From contig JBGSIV010000285.1 of the NCBI GenBank assembly GCA_041742355.1, positions 1-28,326 on the forward strand: DNA of 28,326 nt, given 5' to 3'. The notes under the pieces were generated by a model. That model saw only the letters and a list, made by a program, of their open reading frames with translations. It had not been told where the DNA came from and did not search any database. A program made the position numbers and the translations under genes. The first letter of the stretch is position 1. Each line of letters starts with the position of its first letter. This document shows positions 24,813 through 28,326 of this stretch, one piece after another. Source of the stretch: Candidatus Zixiibacteriota bacterium. GTDB lineage: Bacteria > Zixibacteria > MSB-5A5 > GN15 > FEB-12.

Positions 24813-25681
24813 ACGCCCCCCGCTTCGTGCTTGGCATCGACCCCCACCCGGACCACTGTACCGCCGTCCGGGTCCGGACCGACTCCATCCGACCGGAGAT
24901 TCTCGAGGTTATGGTGATCGACGCCGCGACCCCGCTTGACCCGGATTTCTGTCGCGACAGCGAAACGGCGGTGACGCTGGCCGATGATCAGGTGGTTGTC
25001 AAGTACCTCGCCCTTGCCGACCAGAGCGCCGATGACCGCGAGCGCGCCCTTTTCGAACTGGCCCAGTCGTTGACCGGCGCAGAGAATGAGTACCTGATGG
25101 ATGCTGTCCCGACCGGTCTTGAAAACCTGTACCTTGGCCTGGCTGTCCGCCGGGACGTGCTCGGAACAACTATGATTTTACCATACAAAGAGTTACATGG
25201 CGTTGTCGAACCGACATTTGCTCTCCCCCGGGGCCTTGCCCTCGCCCGAGGTTACCTTGCTTTCTGCGTCCCCGCTTCCGGAAGCCTCGTCGTGCTGCTG
25301 GACATCGCCTCGCCGGTTGCCTCAATCGCTCTGATCCACAACCGCAACATTGTCGCTCTATCCAATCTCCCCACGACCGGTTTTGACTTCACCGTGCATC
25401 AGGACTGCGAACGCTTCGCTGTCGAGCTCAAGACCGTTGTCAACTTCCGCCTGGCGACCCTATTCGGCTACGGGTTGACCCTCCCCCCCGCCGCCCTCGT
25501 GGTAGCGGGCGAGTACCCGGCCAGCCCCCTGCTGACCACGATTCAGGGCTACTTTCCCATGCCCATCCTCGCACCCGAAATCAACGCCGGCTTCCTGGGT
25601 GACCGCCTCCGGCAGGATTCTTCCGGGATCCACCGGTTTTTGGCCCCCCTGGGTTTGGCCGCTAATTCTCTTGCGCAATAG
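24809..25681 (+). CDS. Degenerate PilM/FtsA-like actin-fold protein
   Basis: VLGID, VVLLDIA, LVVAGE and APLGLA occur in the order of the PilM motifs GIDIG, DIG, LAGG and A.GLA; ATGA overlap with comEA. Confidence 0.65.
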   Translation: MNAPRFVLGIDPHPDHCTAVRVRTDSIRPEILEVMVIDAATPLDPDFCRDSETAVTLADDQVVVKYLALADQSADDRERALFELAQSLTGAENEYLMDAVPTGLENLYLGLAVRRDVLGTTMILPYKELHGVVEPTFALPRGLALARGYLAFCVPASGSLVVLLDIASPVASIALIHNRNIVALSNLPTTGFDFTVHQDCERFAVELKTVVNFRLATLFGYGLTLPPAALVVAGEYPASPLLTTIQGYFPMPILAPEINAGFLGDRLRQDSSGIHRFLAPLGLAANSLAQ

Positions 25682-25699
25682 TATGTCCCCGTGTATAAT
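25671..25699 (+). promoter_or_regulatory. Putative sigma70 promoter of coaD(-lysS)
   Basis: TTGCGC (25671-25676), 17 bp, perfect TATAAT (25694-25699). Confidence 0.72.
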
Positions 25700-25751
25700 A
25701 TCGCGGAAGGCGTTCGGCCGGACTGGCCGGGAAAGAACGCTCTGTAAGACC

Positions 25752-26264
25752 GTGACTAAGCAGAAGATTAAAACCAGAGCCGTTTATCCCGGTACGTTCG
25801 ATCCCGTCACGAATGGACACCTTTCGTTGATCGAACGCGCCTGCCACATCTTTGACGAGCTCATCGTTGCCGTGGCCCTGAACGCCGGCAAGAACCCACT
25901 TTTCGAGTTTGAGGATCGTATCCGGCTCATCGAGCAGTCCGTTCGCCCAAAAGAGCACTCCGCGAAAGTGAAGGTAGTTGGATTCGACGGTCTCCTGGCT
26001 GATCTGGCGACCGATGTCAAGGCCGACGCCATCATCCGCGGCCTCCGGGCTGTCTCTGATTTCGAGTACGAGTTCCAGATGGCTCTCATGAACCGCAAAC
26101 TTGCCCGCGACATCGAGACTGTCTTTCTCATGCCCGCCCTGTCATGGGTATACTTATCCTCCACCATCGTCAAGGATGTAGCCATCCACGGCGGCGATAT
26201 CCGCGACCTCGTTCCCGCCCCGGTGCGGAACGCCATGCGCGCAAAGTTGAAACAGAGAGCCTGA
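25752..26264 (+). CDS. coaD: Phosphopantetheine adenylyltransferase
   Basis: YPGTFDPVTNGH, IRGLRAVSDFEYE, SSTIVKD. Start re-called to GTG 25752, downstream of the promoter. Confidence 0.96.
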   Translation: MTKQKIKTRAVYPGTFDPVTNGHLSLIERACHIFDELIVAVALNAGKNPLFEFEDRIRLIEQSVRPKEHSAKVKVVGFDGLLADLATDVKADAIIRGLRAVSDFEYEFQMALMNRKLARDIETVFLMPALSWVYLSSTIVKDVAIHGGDIRDLVPAPVRNAMRAKLKQRA

Positions 26265-26337
26265 TCATCCGGTCAATTATTCACAGACGTGCCCCCGTTA
26301 TGACGGTGTAATCCAGGAAAGAATACAAGGATTCGCT

Positions 26338-27918
26338 TTGACCGATAAAAACCAGAAGCCGGCTGCGCCGGCCAACGACGCCGAAATCCAGCTTCCCCTG
26401 GCCGACCTCATTCGCATCCGCTACCAGAAAGCGCGCGACCTCGAGGCCCAGGGTGTCAACCCGTACCCCTACCGGTATGAGCGGGATCACACGGTCGCCG
26501 AACTCCTTGCCGACTTCGACCGGCTCGTCGCGAGCGAAACCGTCGTGCGCATCGCCGGGCGTATTATGCTCATCCGCAAAATGGGCAAAGTCTTTTTCGC
26601 CGACCTGCACGACCACACCGGCCGGGTACAAATCTACGTCAAGATCGACCACGTCGGCGAGGAGCAGTTCAAGCTGTTCGACACCTTGGACCTCGGTGAC
26701 ATCGTCGGCTGCGAAGGCACGCTGTTCGTCACCCGTATGGGGGAACGCACGCTCAGCGTCAAACACTTCGAATTGCTGACCAAGACTCTCCACCCGCTGC
26801 CCGACAAACACGCCGGGCTGACCGATGTCGAGGTGCGCTACCGCCGCCGTTACGCCGACCTGATCGTCAACCCCGAGGTGCGCGAGGTCTTCCGCAAACG
26901 CACGAAGATCGTGCAGGCCGTGCGCGACTTTTTCAACCGGCACGACTTCCTCGAGGTCGAGACCCCGGTGCTCCAGCCGATCTACGGCGGTGCGAGCGCC
27001 CGGCCGTTTCAGACCCACCACAATACGCTGGACATGGAGATGTACCTCCGCATCGCCGACGAACTCTACCTCAAGCGCCTCATTGTCGGCGGCTACGACC
27101 GGGTCTGGGAGTATTGCAAGGACTTCCGCAACGAAGGCATGGACCGTCTCCACAACCCCGAATTCTCCATGATCGAGGCCTACTGGGCCTACGCCGACTA
27201 CCGCGACATGGCCCGCCTCGTCGAGGATCTCATCCGCGAGGTCACCATGGCCGCCCACGGTTCATACACGTTCAGCTACGGCGCGCACCGGATCGATGTC
27301 GAGCCGACTTTCCGCTGGGTCTCCATGGTCGACTCGATCAAAGAGGCCACCGGCCTCGACCTGCTCGCTATGGACCACGCCCAGGCGGTCGCCGCCTGCA
27401 AGTCGCTCCATCTGCCCGACGAAGAACTCATCAACTGGGGCAAGTGTGTCGAAGCGATCTGGGAAGCGAAAGTCGAGCCGACCTTGATTCAGCCGACGTT
27501 CATAACCGATTTCCCGAAAGACATTTCCCCGCTGGCCAAGGTTCACCGCGACAACGACCGTCTGACGGAGCGCTTCGAGCTGTTCATCGCCGCCCAGGAA
27601 TGCGGCAACGCTTTCTCCGAACTGAACGACCCGGCCGACCAGCTCCGGCGTTTCATGCAGCAGGGCAAGGCGATCGAGGCCGGTGACCAAGAGGCGCAGC
27701 CGCTCGACGACGATTTTATCACCGCCCTGACCTACGGCATGCCGCCCACTGCCGGACTCGGCATGGGCATTGACCGGCTCGTCATGCTCCTAACCGATTC
27801 GCACTCGATCCGCGACGTCCTCTTCTTCCCGCAGATGAAGAAGGAGCTCGGCGACGGCGCCGTGCCGGTCTCGAAGATCCTGGCCCAGATTATCAGCGCC
27901 GACAAGGAGAACCAGTGA
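26338..27918 (+). CDS. lysS: Lysine--tRNA ligase (class II)
   Basis: OB domain, RYRRRYADL, FLEVETP, YLRIADELYLKRL, FRNEG, HNPEF, ELNDP, GMPPTAGLGMGIDRL. Confidence 0.98.
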   Translation: MTDKNQKPAAPANDAEIQLPLADLIRIRYQKARDLEAQGVNPYPYRYERDHTVAELLADFDRLVASETVVRIAGRIMLIRKMGKVFFADLHDHTGRVQIYVKIDHVGEEQFKLFDTLDLGDIVGCEGTLFVTRMGERTLSVKHFELLTKTLHPLPDKHAGLTDVEVRYRRRYADLIVNPEVREVFRKRTKIVQAVRDFFNRHDFLEVETPVLQPIYGGASARPFQTHHNTLDMEMYLRIADELYLKRLIVGGYDRVWEYCKDFRNEGMDRLHNPEFSMIEAYWAYADYRDMARLVEDLIREVTMAAHGSYTFSYGAHRIDVEPTFRWVSMVDSIKEATGLDLLAMDHAQAVAACKSLHLPDEELINWGKCVEAIWEAKVEPTLIQPTFITDFPKDISPLAKVHRDNDRLTERFELFIAAQECGNAFSELNDPADQLRRFMQQGKAIEAGDQEAQPLDDDFITALTYGMPPTAGLGMGIDRLVMLLTDSHSIRDVLFFPQMKKELGDGAVPVSKILAQIISADKENQ

Positions 27919-28091
27919 TTCTTTCATATACAGCGTCCCTGGCCTGCTGCCCGAATCCGCCCGTTCCTGCGCCGAACGGCAGGCCCGATTTACGATTAAC
28001 GGTCTTATGGGAGGATTGCCTTATGATCTGATTCTCTGGGGAGAGGACACTAAGTAAAACCGACCACAAGTCTTTTTTGGAGTTTGATACA

Positions 28092-28326
28092 ATGAATATC
28101 TACGTTGGCAACCTTCCGTTCGGCGTCGATGACGACGAACTCAAAGCGAAGTTCGAGGCGTACGGCACTGTCACCTCGGCGAAGATCATCATGGACCGTG
28201 AGACCGGCCGTTCGCGCGGTTTCGCTTTTGTCGAAATGCCGAACAACAGCGAAGGCCAGGCGGCCATCGACGGCCTCCAGGGCGCCGATTTCGGCGGCCG
28301 CGCCCTCACCGTCAGTGAAGCTCGTC
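28092..28326 (+). CDS. Single-RRM RNA-binding protein (3' truncated by the window edge)
   Basis: Translated by hand: MNIYVGNL (RNP2) ... DRETGRSRGFAFVEM (RNP1) ... GRALTVSEAR; GGAG RBS. Not in the ORF track. Confidence 0.95.
   Translation, partial: MNIYVGNLPFGVDDDELKAKFEAYGTVTSAKIIMDRETGRSRGFAFVEMPNNSEGQAAIDGLQGADFGGRALTVSEAR

Noticed and set aside
28100..28309. 69-aa minus-strand ORF
   Set aside because: Antisense to the RRM gene.

Overview
GC-rich chromosomal window from a diderm (LPS-making), probably anaerobic or microaerophilic bacterium. An FCB-related lineage such as Zixibacteria is a guess from gene content only. Most of the window is housekeeping: a radical SAM/DUF2344 fusion, rsmB, a PASTA protein, an S9 peptidase, ffh-rpsP-khpA-rimM-trmD-rplS, rnhB-yraN, ispG, kdsA-kdsC-kdsD-lpxL-lptC, comEA plus a degenerate pilM-like gene, coaD, lysS and a truncated RRM protein that the ORF track missed. 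Small accessory modules are inserted between these: (i) a minus-strand rubrerythrin + rubredoxin-fused GltB-FMN-domain operon; (ii) a Cys-rich protein, a divergent RsmD and tandem GTAG-type REP palindromes between rplS and rnhB; (iii) an omptin converging on a PDZ protein with a possibly dead HExxH site. The best non-coding signals are a hairpin/pseudoknot pairing with the ffh start codon, a structured khpA leader, the REPs, and C>G strand skew that ignores gene orientation. No tRNA, rRNA, CRISPR-cas, transposase or phage genes were recognised. All family calls come from motif recognition, not database searches.
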